This document shows, piece by piece, positions 1 to 9,057 of a stretch of 29,618 nucleotides of DNA. Position 1 is the stretch's first letter. The number at the start of each line of letters is the position of its first letter. The notes beneath the pieces are model-generated. The model had not been told where the DNA came from. It was given only the letters and a program-made list of their open reading frames with translations, and searched no databases. Source of the DNA: a virus (Duplodnaviria > Caudoviricetes); the IMG/VR virus record IMGVR_UViG_3300007956_000310, positions 1 through 29,618 of that record, one strand, 5' to 3'. The translations under genes and the position numbers were made by a program.

Positions 1-122
1 AAATGAAAGGCTCTCCTTACCATATGTCTAATGAATTAAAGTATGGTGGACCAGTAATCGATCAAATGCAAACTTTATCACAAGCTAGCGCTAATAAAGT
101 GCTTAGACACATGAAAAAATAA
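1..122 (+). CDS. 3' part (or whole) of small protein carrying the (K)MKGSP motif; possibly truncated by window edge
   Basis: Manual translation from 3: MKGSPYHMSNELKYGGPVIDQMQTLSQASANKVLRHMKK*, TAA at 120-122, 5 nt before the next ATG. Not in ORF track. Confidence 0.6.
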   Translation, partial: MKGSPYHMSNELKYGGPVIDQMQTLSQASANKVLRHMKK

Positions 123-127
123 TAAAA

Positions 128-2584
128 ATGGCAGTAATATACTCATACCCAATAAAAGCAGTTCCAGAAGATAATGATTTAATATTAATATCTGACGGAG
201 CAGACAATTTAACTAAGCAAATAAGAGTTTCTTCTCTACCAGGAGGATCTTCAGGTAATTTTGTAGCGCAACCTATTGGATATGATGTAATAATGCCGCC
301 AGTAGTAGGTACAGCTGGACAAGTTCTAGCGTTACCAACTCCATTAGGCAGTTCTCCTTACCAATTAGTATGGGTGGACAACTCCGGCAGTACTCCACCT
401 GCTTGTAATGTAACTATAGCTAAGCAAGTTCAAGACGCTTCTACTAATCTTTCTTCTGATGGTCAAGCTACTTTAACTATATCAAATGGAACAGCTCCTT
501 TTGATGTAACAATAACTTCAACATCGGATACTTTTGCAAAAACCAACCAAAATTCTCCAGTAGTATTTACAGATTTACCAGCTGCAACATATTTCATTAG
601 TGGACAAGATGCTGATGATTGCCCATTAACGGGTGATTTTACTGTTGGTTCTACTGTTACTTGTAGTGTTGTAGCTTCTGCGGTAGTAACAGACGCTTCT
701 TCTCCAAATCAAGATAATGGAAGTGTTTCAATAACAATGTCTGGTGGAACTGCACCTTATGCAGTGCAGATTGACAACATTATAACAAGTCAATCTTTTG
801 GTCCTCTAACTGGTAATCCAAATCCAGCAGTGTTTAACAATCTACCAGGCAACACGACATGGGAAATATTAGGAGGTGACGCTTTAAATTGCCCACCAGT
901 AAGTCCTAACTTTACTGTTGATGCAACTCCATGTACTTTAGAAATAGCTTCAGTAGTTGCAACTCCTGAAACAGGCATAGGATCAAATGATGGTACTATT
1001 ACTGTTAACTTTTCTGGTGGCACTTCAGACTTTCTTGTTCTTCTAACAAATAGTGATGGGTTTTCACTGCCACCAACAACAGTACAATCAACCCCAGCTA
1101 TTATTACAGGGTTAAAGCCAGACACTTGGAGCATTCTTGTAACAGACGCTGTATTATGTACCGCTGGTGCAGAAGCGATAGTAGGTCCATATCAGGCTGG
1201 ATGCAATATACAAGTATCAAGCTCAACTACTGATGAATCAACAGTAGGTCAAGACGATGGAGCAGTTACTATGGAAGTAATTGGAGGATCACTTAATTTT
1301 GATTTAACTTTTACTAACAGCACTACAACAGATTCTTTTCCAGTTACAGCAACAACTAACCCGTTTACTGTAAATAATTTAGAACCGGGTAACTACACTG
1401 TCACAGGTACTGATGTTAATGAATGTAATATAAACGATGCGTTTGTAATAAACGAAGGAGCAACAGCGTGTGATTTAAAGGTAACTATAACTACAACAAG
1501 CGCTGTAGGTAGTGGGCAAAATGGAGAAGTTGATATAGTAGTACAAAATGGTACTGGTGAATACACTGTTATTATAACTGATTCGGGAGGAGGATCTCAA
1601 AATGATTCTAGAACTGATGGAATATTTAAGTTTACAGGTCTAGAACCAGGAACTTATACAGTAACTGGTCAAGACGAGTCAACACCTACTCCATGTCCTA
1701 TAAATGATTCATTTATAATATCTTCAGTTGAGTGCGATGTTAAAGTTACTGTAACAACAACAAACCAAACAGCTACTGACGATGGTAAAGCTAACGTTTC
1801 TATTGGTAATGGTCTTGCTAATTTCCAAGTTGAGTTCACTAGCCCAACAAACAATACTATTAGCGGCATAGAAACATCTTCTTCTTTTGTCCAAGTTTTA
1901 AATCCAGGAGAGTGGAGTTTGAAAGTAACGGATGCTAATGGATGTGAAGACACCGCGAGCTTTACTATATTACCTTACACAGATCCTTGTAGTGGGTTTT
2001 CAGTATCAGGCGTAGCAACTGGAGAAACAGCAGAGGATGCTGATGATGGAACTTTTACATTAACAGTAGACTCTGGCGGAGCCGCTCTTTACAGTGTTAC
2101 AATAACTGGAGATGGAACACAAACACAAACAAACCAGCAATCTCCAATAACTTTTACAGGATTATCTGTTGGTAATTGGACTTATGTAATTACAGATGCC
2201 AATGACTGTACTTTAAATGGCACTTTTGAAATTACTGAATATGTTAATCCTTGTAATATTACCACAACGATAACTACTACAGATGAAACATTTCAAGGGT
2301 TAAACGATGGCTCAGCTAATATAAAATTAAGTGGAGGAGCTACAGAATATCAAGTAACAATAACATTTGGATCAGCCACTTACGTTAAGAATGGTACCAA
2401 CGGTCAGACTCAATTTGATTTTCCTGATTTAGCGCCAGGTACTTGGTCTGTAACTGTTAAAGATTCTGATGATTGCGAAGATATAGATCAGTTTACTATT
2501 AATGCTGGTGCATCACAAAGTGTTACCGTTGATTCAACAACAATAACTGCTGATTCAACAACAACAACTGCTGATGCAACATAA
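128..2584 (+). CDS. SprB-like repeat virion fibre/adhesin protein
   Basis: 818 aa, Thr/Gly/Ser/Asp-rich. Eight units of about 85-90 aa, C-x(n)-[DN]G-x-x-x-hydrophobic...[GN]G-x-x-x-[YF]...D-x-x-x-C, resembling Bacteroidota SprB repeats. Short N-terminal anchor-like segment (DLILISD...TKQIRVSSL). Confidence 0.7.
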   Translation: MAVIYSYPIKAVPEDNDLILISDGADNLTKQIRVSSLPGGSSGNFVAQPIGYDVIMPPVVGTAGQVLALPTPLGSSPYQLVWVDNSGSTPPACNVTIAKQVQDASTNLSSDGQATLTISNGTAPFDVTITSTSDTFAKTNQNSPVVFTDLPAATYFISGQDADDCPLTGDFTVGSTVTCSVVASAVVTDASSPNQDNGSVSITMSGGTAPYAVQIDNIITSQSFGPLTGNPNPAVFNNLPGNTTWEILGGDALNCPPVSPNFTVDATPCTLEIASVVATPETGIGSNDGTITVNFSGGTSDFLVLLTNSDGFSLPPTTVQSTPAIITGLKPDTWSILVTDAVLCTAGAEAIVGPYQAGCNIQVSSSTTDESTVGQDDGAVTMEVIGGSLNFDLTFTNSTTTDSFPVTATTNPFTVNNLEPGNYTVTGTDVNECNINDAFVINEGATACDLKVTITTTSAVGSGQNGEVDIVVQNGTGEYTVIITDSGGGSQNDSRTDGIFKFTGLEPGTYTVTGQDESTPTPCPINDSFIISSVECDVKVTVTTTNQTATDDGKANVSIGNGLANFQVEFTSPTNNTISGIETSSSFVQVLNPGEWSLKVTDANGCEDTASFTILPYTDPCSGFSVSGVATGETAEDADDGTFTLTVDSGGAALYSVTITGDGTQTQTNQQSPITFTGLSVGNWTYVITDANDCTLNGTFEITEYVNPCNITTTITTTDETFQGLNDGSANIKLSGGATEYQVTITFGSATYVKNGTNGQTQFDFPDLAPGTWSVTVKDSDDCEDIDQFTINAGASQSVTVDSTTITADSTTTTADAT
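2531..2581 (+). repeat. 21-bp tandem repeat (about 2.4 copies) encoding DSTT(I/T)TA heptads at the C-terminus
   Basis: gattcaacaacaataactgct / gattcaacaacaacaactgct / gatgcaaca. Confidence 0.85.
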
Positions 2585-2625
2585 GTAATAAAAAATTAAA
2601 AACAAACAAACAAAAATAAAAAATA

Positions 2626-3345
2626 ATGTCACAAACAATAATAAACGTAGGAGCAAACGCAAATGATGGAACCGGTGATCCACTAAGAACAGCATTTATA
2701 GATTGTAACTCTAATTTTACTGAGTTATACTCAAGAACACCTGGTTTTAGCCCAACCCCATTATCTATGTCAAATGAAACTAATGTAGGAACAGACTACA
2801 ATACTTATATGCTAACTGTTTCAGATAGTTTTTCTATATTTGATAGGTGTAAAGTATATGTTGATAGTTTAGGTGGTGAAGCTCCTTTTATACAAGTTGG
2901 TGTTTATGCAAATGCTTATGGAAATGTAGAACGTGGACTAGATGCTTTCAAAAGTACTAACCCCTCTCCTTTAGTTTTAAAACTTTTAAATATTTTCTCA
3001 CTTAGTCAACCGGTTATACAAACAGGGATAGTTGAACTAGTTCCATCTAATCCTGAAGCCGATTGTGTAATTGATGAAGGACAAAATATAGTTGTAGTTA
3101 CTTCACTTAACGGACAAGTTTCATTATTAGGACACAATAAAGGATTTAATCCAATGAATGGTATGTTTCTTCAAGGAGGACAGGCAGCACTTTCAGAGGA
3201 TATATCTGAGAAACTTTCAGAGGCAAGTGAAGCTTACACGGTACCTTCAGTACAATTTTACAAGAAATCTTCTAATGCTCCATCTGGACCTGAACAATCT
3301 GGACCTGAACAATCTGGACCTGAACAACCTCCTCTTGAGGGTTAA
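2626..3345 (+). CDS. Virion structural protein with T4 gp9/gp10-like N-terminal anchor motif
   Basis: N-terminus INVGANANDGTGDPLRTAFIDCNSNFTELY matches the widespread phage fibre/baseplate 'NDGTGDxLRxAF..N.NF.ELY' motif; the remainder is not recognised. Confidence 0.65.
   Translation: MSQTIINVGANANDGTGDPLRTAFIDCNSNFTELYSRTPGFSPTPLSMSNETNVGTDYNTYMLTVSDSFSIFDRCKVYVDSLGGEAPFIQVGVYANAYGNVERGLDAFKSTNPSPLVLKLLNIFSLSQPVIQTGIVELVPSNPEADCVIDEGQNIVVVTSLNGQVSLLGHNKGFNPMNGMFLQGGQAALSEDISEKLSEASEAYTVPSVQFYKKSSNAPSGPEQSGPEQSGPEQPPLEG
3283..3327 (+). repeat. Perfect 15-bp tandem repeat x3 (SGPEQ)3
   Basis: tctggacctgaacaa at 3283, 3298 and 3313. Confidence 0.95.
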
Positions 3346-3385
3346 TTAGCTGTAGATATATTTAATATTATGTAATAGTATATAT

Positions 3386-3517
3386 ATGAACTATTACGAT
3401 GACACAAACCCATTAATACTTGAACAATCAACCTCACTAGACCCATATATACTTGGATTCGCTTTGGGCGCTTTGTTCATTTTATTAATACACAAATACA
3501 TATACAATAACCAATAA
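3386..3517 (+). CDS. Small single-pass membrane protein (43 aa)
   Basis: Manual translation MNYYDDTNPLILEQSTSLDPYILGFALGALFILLIHKYIYNNQ*; one clear hydrophobic helix; fills the gap and stops 10 nt before the next ATG. Not in ORF track. Confidence 0.6.
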   Translation: MNYYDDTNPLILEQSTSLDPYILGFALGALFILLIHKYIYNNQ

Positions 3518-3527
3518 ACAAAAAACC

Positions 3528-3818
3528 ATGACGTTTTTATATACCCGCACCAATACGTGGAATAGTGCGCCACAACCAACAGAAGAAACCATTAAGTACT
3601 GGAAACATATTTCACAGAAGAAAAACTGGAGAATAGTTCAATTACCTAATGGGTTTTTACAAACCGAATATAAATCTATCGAATCAGAAGACTGGATCGA
3701 TGTTACCAGAAGAGAAACAATAGCTGGAGCAGAACAAGCAATAGATGCTTCTATTGAGCATTATGCTAAAAAGCTAGAGTTTACCAAAGGACCGAAAGTA
3801 GTTAAAACCTTCGAGTAA
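3528..3818 (+). CDS. Hypothetical phage protein upstream of groEL
   Basis: 96-aa ORF with A-rich leader, co-oriented, globular composition. Confidence 0.75.
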   Translation: MTFLYTRTNTWNSAPQPTEETIKYWKHISQKKNWRIVQLPNGFLQTEYKSIESEDWIDVTRRETIAGAEQAIDASIEHYAKKLEFTKGPKVVKTFE

Positions 3819-3851
3819 ATATTCAAAATCAATCATATCAAATTATATTAA

Positions 3852-5396
3852 ATGCAAGAATTAAAGTTAGTTAAAAATCTGGCTTTTGGTGATAGTGCCA
3901 GAAGTCAGATATTAACTGGGGTTGAGAAACTTACTAACGCAGTAGGATCAACCTTAGGGGCAAGTGGTAAATGTGTTATACTAGAAGATAGTAATGGCGC
4001 ACCACAAATAACAAAAGATGGAGTAACAGTTGCAAATAGCATAACGTTGCAAGACCCATTAGAAAACATCGGAGCTACGCTTATTAAACAAGCAGCTCAA
4101 AGAACAGTATCAGATGCTGGTGATGGCACAACTACAGCTACAGTATTAGCTAAAGCCATACTAGACCAAGCTACAGAGCATTCACTACTAAGTGAAACAA
4201 GAGAAATGAAGCTAGGTATTGATTCAGGTGTTGATAAAGTTATAAAGTATTTAAATAAAAAGTCTAAAAAGGTTACTGGCAAAAAAATTGACCAAGTAGC
4301 TACTATATCTGCTAACAATGATAAAGAGTTAGGTAAAGTTATAGGTGAAGCATTTAGATTAGTAGACGAGACAGGTGTTGTTATGATGGAAACAAATGAA
4401 CAGCCTGAAACTGTAGTAGAGTTAATAGAAGGTGTTCAGTATGACCAAGCGTTAAAGAACAACCATTTTATTACTAATAAAGAAAAAGGAACAGCTGAAC
4501 TAGATAATCCTTTGGTTTTGATAGTTGAATCAATTGTTTCTAATGTTAGAAAAATACAATCAGTTCTTGAGTACGTTATTAAAAATGGTAAGAGTTTACT
4601 TATCATTGCAGATGTTGACCAACAAGTAGTTTCCGCGCTGGCCATGAATAAATCCAAAGGCAATATAAAAGTCAACATTGTAGATGCACCAGTATACGGA
4701 ATCAGCAAAAAAGACGTATTATCCGATCTATGTGCTGTGACTGGTGCTACGCTTATTAACGAAGACTTGGGAGATGATATGGATATTATACAACCTGAGC
4801 ATTTAGGTTCATGTATTAAATCTGTAACTAATCACGAAGAAACAATATTACAAGTTGATTTAACCGACAATAAGGAAGTTAAAGAAACTATTGCTTTGTT
4901 AGAAAAAAATATAAAAGAAACTAAAAACCCTAATATTATAATTAGACTAGAGAAACGATTAGCTAAATTAAAAGCTAAAGTTGCTACAGTTAAAGTTGGG
5001 GCAAACTCAGAGATAGAATTAAAAGAGAAGAGAGATAGAGTTGAAGATGCTATTTGTGCTACAAAAGCCGCGATTAAAGAAGGTATAGTACCAGGTGGTG
5101 GTATAGCTTTATTAAACGCTAGCTTTAATTTAAAACCAACCTGTATAGGGGAAGAAGTATTATACCAAGCTATAAGAAGACCTTATGAATTAATATTAAA
5201 AAATGCAGGGGTTGAAGAATTAAAAAAGCTTGAAGAGGGTAAAGGATTAGATGTGGTTACAGGAAACACGGTGGATATGGTAAAAGCCGGAATTATAGAT
5301 CCTTTATTAGTTACTAAGAGTGCATTAGCTAACGCGGCTTCAGTAGCTACAACTATATTATCAACTGATTGTGTAATTAACAATGTAAGAGCATGA
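3852..5396 (+). CDS. groEL: Phage-encoded group I chaperonin (Cpn60/GroEL-like)
   Basis: Motifs ITKDGVTVA, AGDGTTTATVLA, QVATISAN, EKRDRVEDAICATKAAIKEGIVPGGG, GIIDPLLVTKSAL; 514 aa; no C-terminal GGM tail. Confidence 0.97.
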   Translation: MQELKLVKNLAFGDSARSQILTGVEKLTNAVGSTLGASGKCVILEDSNGAPQITKDGVTVANSITLQDPLENIGATLIKQAAQRTVSDAGDGTTTATVLAKAILDQATEHSLLSETREMKLGIDSGVDKVIKYLNKKSKKVTGKKIDQVATISANNDKELGKVIGEAFRLVDETGVVMMETNEQPETVVELIEGVQYDQALKNNHFITNKEKGTAELDNPLVLIVESIVSNVRKIQSVLEYVIKNGKSLLIIADVDQQVVSALAMNKSKGNIKVNIVDAPVYGISKKDVLSDLCAVTGATLINEDLGDDMDIIQPEHLGSCIKSVTNHEETILQVDLTDNKEVKETIALLEKNIKETKNPNIIIRLEKRLAKLKAKVATVKVGANSEIELKEKRDRVEDAICATKAAIKEGIVPGGGIALLNASFNLKPTCIGEEVLYQAIRRPYELILKNAGVEELKKLEEGKGLDVVTGNTVDMVKAGIIDPLLVTKSALANAASVATTILSTDCVINNVRA

Positions 5397-5653
5397 GAGC
5401 AATTGGTAAATATGTAGTAATTGAACCAATTAAAGAAGTTGATGTTCAAACAAAAGGCGGATTAATTCTAGCTGAAAAACAAAGAGAAGATGTTAGATAT
5501 AGAAGAGCTAAGGTTTTAGAACCTGGCTCTGATGTATCTGTATTAAAGAAAGGTGATGAAGTCTATTACGACAAGGCAGCTGGATTTAATATTGAAATAA
5601 AAAAAGAAGAATATAAGGTTATTAAAGAGCATGATGTAGTTATTATTCTATGA
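5393..5653 (+). CDS. groES: Phage co-chaperonin (Cpn10/GroES-like)
   Basis: 86 aa; VVIEP, mobile loop TKGGLIL, LKKGDEVYY, YKVIKEHDVV; ATGA overlap with the groEL stop. Confidence 0.92.
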   Translation: MRAIGKYVVIEPIKEVDVQTKGGLILAEKQREDVRYRRAKVLEPGSDVSVLKKGDEVYYDKAAGFNIEIKKEEYKVIKEHDVVIIL

Positions 5654-6084
5654 AAAAGTTAACTTCTAGTGATTTAAAAGAACTAGGTTTGCTTAAACAT
5701 TATAGAATAATTAGGAAGTGGGCTTGTAAAACTAATGACTTAAATGATGCAGATCTAGAGCTACTAATTTATTTAGATGCTATAGGTATGTTTACTAAAG
5801 ATGATTTTAAAAAAGGTACGTACTCATTTAGCTGGGATAACAGGCGCTGGAACAGATTATTGAAACAAGGGTGGATCGTAGTGTGGCGGAAAAGAAACCA
5901 CACCACTCAAAAATATCATATATATAAAGTATCCTATAAGTGCAAGCAGCTAATTAGTAGAATGTATCGTATCATACTAGGTGAAGAAGACATGCCTACA
6001 ACTAAATTAGAAGGTAGCAATAGATATAGTTACAAAGTAATAACTAGGTCAATAAACTACGTAAATAAAGATAAAACAAGATAA
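5650..6084 (+). CDS. Hypothetical protein, possible winged-helix DNA-binding protein
   Basis: Basic 144-aa protein; LNDADLELLIYL...RLLKQGWIVVW...YKVSYKCKQLI resembles the MarR-type wHTH pattern; ATGA-coupled to groES. Confidence 0.55.
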   Translation: MKKLTSSDLKELGLLKHYRIIRKWACKTNDLNDADLELLIYLDAIGMFTKDDFKKGTYSFSWDNRRWNRLLKQGWIVVWRKRNHTTQKYHIYKVSYKCKQLISRMYRIILGEEDMPTTKLEGSNRYSYKVITRSINYVNKDKTR

Positions 6085-6085
6085 T

Positions 6086-7105
6086 ATGGCATTTAAATTA
6101 AAGTCACCGTTTCACGTAACACAAGTAGAGCAAAGTCTTAAAAAAGGAGGCGTTGTTGGTCAAGGATCAAACAGCAGTGTTGTTCTAGGATTGACAAATA
6201 CTGACATAGCTAGTGTAGAAGGAACTCAAACAGTAAGTCCTGAACCTAACAACGAGTCTGTAGATAACTTAGTTAAAAAAACAGAAGAAGGAGTACCTTT
6301 AGGATTAAACCCTAAACAAGAAGCTAGGTTTAAGACAAGAAAATACAAGAAAGGTTTAAGAGATGATGCTAGATTTGATAGACAAACAGAGAAAGCTGAA
6401 AGAATTTACGAAAGAAATCAGTTTGAAAATTTAGATGGCGAATATAGAAATCCTGAAGAAGCCGCCGGTATAAAAAGTGACAGAGCTGAAAAAGAACTAG
6501 AACAAAACCAAATGCAAAAAATATTAGAATCTAATTTACCGTTGGCAGAAAGAGAAAAAAAAATAAACGAAGTTAGATCTAAAAGTAAATTTTACAATGA
6601 TAAGATTTTAAGTGATAAAGAAGAAAAATCACAACCAAAAGATAATCTTGTGATGAGAAATAAAGAAGAAGAATTTAAAAATCCACTCTTACAAATGAAA
6701 GGAAAACCAAATAGAGCAGGTACACCTGTAAGGATGTTAAAGTCTATGGAAGACAAAACACCAATGAAATATAAATCTGTTAGAAAAGCAGGTAGAGAAA
6801 ACTTAATGTCAGCTTTAGCTAAGCAAGGCGAACCAATAGATGTTAAAAAAGTAATTAAAAAAGTTGCTTACAACATGATTGGTGGTCCAGGAATAGATGC
6901 AATATCAAGAATAGTTAAAGATAAAAAAGAACCAGTTAAAAAACCTGTAGATACTAGTTTTAAAACAACGCCTGAAACTAATTTTAAATCTACTAAGCCA
7001 GGCGCAAGTAATCAACCAAGCAGAGTAACTGTAGGTGATAGAGCTAAAGAAAGTGTTAAAAAAGCTGTCAAGCTTGGTTTAGCAGGAGGAGGTTTGAAAT
7101 TATGA
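6086..7105 (+). CDS. Lys/Glu-rich low-complexity protein with MAFKLKSP leader (putative internal virion protein)
   Basis: 339 aa, highly charged; begins MAFKLKSPFH; internal NPLLQ/TPVRM/TPMKY; ends LGLAGGGLKL. Confidence 0.65.
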   Translation: MAFKLKSPFHVTQVEQSLKKGGVVGQGSNSSVVLGLTNTDIASVEGTQTVSPEPNNESVDNLVKKTEEGVPLGLNPKQEARFKTRKYKKGLRDDARFDRQTEKAERIYERNQFENLDGEYRNPEEAAGIKSDRAEKELEQNQMQKILESNLPLAEREKKINEVRSKSKFYNDKILSDKEEKSQPKDNLVMRNKEEEFKNPLLQMKGKPNRAGTPVRMLKSMEDKTPMKYKSVRKAGRENLMSALAKQGEPIDVKKVIKKVAYNMIGGPGIDAISRIVKDKKEPVKKPVDTSFKTTPETNFKSTKPGASNQPSRVTVGDRAKESVKKAVKLGLAGGGLKL

Positions 7106-7536
7106 GTAGCCCACTAAACTTTAACCCTTTTGGCGTTTTAAAAGGAGCTACAAAAGCTTTTGTCAATAGAAAAGAATATGGCGGAGGCTTAAAAGGAATG
7201 GCTAAAGCAGGTGTAGCACAGGCAACTGGAGAACACGAAGATAACAAGTTAGATTCAATCAACGAAAAACTAGACACTTTAGTAAGTTCAATGGGTGGAG
7301 AAGAAGATAGTATACCTAATCCGGCTCAAGATCCGGCTTTATCAGCTCCAGCGCCTTTTACTCCAGCAACACCATTAAACTTTAAAGAATTCATGACAAC
7401 ACCTCAACAAGCTCCATCTAGCAATGGTACCGGTAGTGCTAATGCTGTTTTTGGAGACGTTAGGCCAATGTCAGTATCAGATCCTAACATAGACACTAAA
7501 GGATCTTTATTTAACAAAAATCAACAAAACTTTTAA
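7102..7536 (+). CDS. Pro-rich hypothetical protein with SPLNF/TPLNF motifs
   Basis: 144 aa; MSSPLNF and ATPLNF; ATGA overlap with the upstream gene. Confidence 0.7.
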   Translation: MSSPLNFNPFGVLKGATKAFVNRKEYGGGLKGMAKAGVAQATGEHEDNKLDSINEKLDTLVSSMGGEEDSIPNPAQDPALSAPAPFTPATPLNFKEFMTTPQQAPSSNGTGSANAVFGDVRPMSVSDPNIDTKGSLFNKNQQNF

Positions 7537-7538
7537 CT

Positions 7539-7709
7539 ATGCCAAGTCAAGGAGAATATCAAAAGCCAGCAGGAGTAGACATTAGTCCAGCTATGAAGCC
7601 TTTAGGAACAAGGATCATGAAATCAAACAATTCTGTTATAACACCTACGCTGGGTGGTATATCTAATTGTGAGTATAAAGGCAACCCAGTTCTTAACGCA
7701 AACAGATGA
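7539..7709 (+). CDS. Small hypothetical protein (56 aa)
   Basis: Manual translation MPSQGEYQKPAGVDISPAMKPLGTRIMKSNNSVITPTLGGISNCEYKGNPVLNANR*; exactly fills the gap. Not in ORF track. Confidence 0.65.
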   Translation: MPSQGEYQKPAGVDISPAMKPLGTRIMKSNNSVITPTLGGISNCEYKGNPVLNANR

Positions 7710-7867
7710 TAGCAGGTGAAGATTTGAAGTTGTATTTACTAAATGCTTCTTCATTCACTTTAGCTAGTTTAAACTGGATAGAACCAGCTTTAGAAATACT
7801 ATTGTTAGCTTTAACTATAGGATACACTATTCACAAATGGATGTTATTACATAAGAAAAAGAAATGA
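7706..7867 (+). CDS. Putative small holin (53 aa)
   Basis: Manual translation MIAGEDLKLYLLNASSFTLASLNWIEPALEILLLALTIGYTIHKWMLLHKKKK*; hydrophobic segments, poly-Lys tail, ATGA overlaps at both ends, directly upstream of the endolysin. Not in ORF track. Confidence 0.7.
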   Translation: MIAGEDLKLYLLNASSFTLASLNWIEPALEILLLALTIGYTIHKWMLLHKKKK

Positions 7868-8277
7868 GAAGTATAAACGAAATTATAATACATTGCTCTG
7901 CTACTAGAGAAGGTCAAGACATACCAGTTGAAACAATAAAAGAGTGGCATGTAGACGGTAGAGGGTGGACAGATATAGGTTATCATTTTTATATAGAATT
8001 AGATGGTACTATTAAAAAAGGTAGAGATATAGATAAATCAGGCGCTCATTGCAAAGGGCACAATAGAAATTCAATAGGTGTATGTTATTGCGGAGGCGTA
8101 GAGGCTGATGGTAAGACACCAAAAGATACTAGAACAGAAATACAAAAAGAAAGTTTGTTACACGTCCTTAAAACGTTAATGGCGATGTATCCGCTTGCTA
8201 CTATTTATTCACATAATGAGTTTGCTAATAAAGCATGCCCATCATTTGATGCAACTAAGGAATATGAAAATCTCTGA
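7864..8277 (+). CDS. Endolysin, N-acetylmuramoyl-L-alanine amidase (T7 lysozyme-like, Amidase_2)
   Basis: IIIHCSAT, GWTDIGYHF, GAHCKGHN, HNEFANKACPSF (His/His/Cys zinc ligands). Confidence 0.95.
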   Translation: MRSINEIIIHCSATREGQDIPVETIKEWHVDGRGWTDIGYHFYIELDGTIKKGRDIDKSGAHCKGHNRNSIGVCYCGGVEADGKTPKDTRTEIQKESLLHVLKTLMAMYPLATIYSHNEFANKACPSFDATKEYENL

Positions 8278-8671
8278 AAACACTGAGTTTAAAATTGATA
8301 TAAAAACTGTAATTGCTATAATAATGTTTACTACTACAATAGTTGGTATGTATTACACTTTGCAAGAAGATATAGCAGAAGCTAAAACATTGCCACCTGT
8401 GGAAGTAACCCGTTTAGAATATGAGCTAAAAGAAAAATGGAACGAGGATATGATAATAGATTTGAAAGAAAGAGTTGATATGTTAGAACAAGTTGACGAT
8501 GTTGTATTTGAAGAAATAGATGTTATATCCACTTTGATTAAAGATGGTACTGAAAATGACGGTAAACTAGAAGAATTAAATAAGCAGTTAGAAGCTTTAA
8601 AAAACAAAAAGCCTAGTACTAGGGTTATAGTTAAAGAAGTGAAAGTAGACAAGAAAGGTAGAAAACTATAA
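8264..8671 (+). CDS. N-terminal TM plus coiled-coil protein (lysis-cassette membrane protein, possibly spanin-like)
   Basis: Start moved from 8195 to ATG 8264 (MKISENTEF); TM segment VIAIIMFTTTIVGMYY followed by a charged coiled coil. Confidence 0.6.
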   Translation: MKISENTEFKIDIKTVIAIIMFTTTIVGMYYTLQEDIAEAKTLPPVEVTRLEYELKEKWNEDMIIDLKERVDMLEQVDDVVFEEIDVISTLIKDGTENDGKLEELNKQLEALKNKKPSTRVIVKEVKVDKKGRKL

Positions 8672-8904
8672 TGAAAGAATTATTAGACTTAGTAAGAGAA
8701 TTTGGATTATCGCTAGTTGTAGCTGTAGCTGCTTCATATGCTTTATACAAGTTTTTCTTTTTTAGCATTAGAGAAGTTAAAGCAACTTTTGAAAAAAGAC
8801 ATGAAACTATGGCTAAAAACATGGAAGATGTTAAAGTTGGTTTAGCAGAAATAAAGTCTGATCTAAAAGTACTAGTAGAGTTTTTAAAATCTTATAAAAA
8901 ATAA
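8671..8904 (+). CDS. Small single-TM coiled-coil protein, holin-like
   Basis: 77 aa; FGLSLVVAVAASYALYKFFFF helix followed by heptads; TAATG overlap. Confidence 0.6.
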   Translation: MKELLDLVREFGLSLVVAVAASYALYKFFFFSIREVKATFEKRHETMAKNMEDVKVGLAEIKSDLKVLVEFLKSYKK

Positions 8905-8907
8905 ATC

Positions 8908-9057
8908 ATGGGTAAAATATCAGGACCTTGTAAAGCAGCAGCAAAAAAGAAATTTAAAGTATGGCCAAGTGCTTACGCTAGTGGCTGGGGAGTTAGGTGT
9001 ACTAGTGCTGGTGGACCTAGTAAAATGGGTAAAGGTAATAGAAATAGAAAAAAATAA
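8908..9057 (+). CDS. Small basic protein with WPSAYASG motif (DUF5872-like module)
   Basis: Manual translation MGKISGPCKAAAKKKFKVWPSAYASGWGVRCTSAGGPSKMGKGNRNRKK*; TAATG overlap with the next gene. Not in ORF track. DUF assignment is from recall. Confidence 0.7.
   Translation: MGKISGPCKAAAKKKFKVWPSAYASGWGVRCTSAGGPSKMGKGNRNRKK

Noticed and set aside
3158-3349. 63-aa ORF with (LDLNN)n, superficially leucine-rich-repeat-like
   Set aside because: Alternative-frame reading of the 15-bp repeat inside gene 2626..3345.
3852-5653. Bacterial chromosomal groESL (host DNA or prophage flank)
   Set aside because: Reversed gene order, no GGM tail, and phage genes on both sides.
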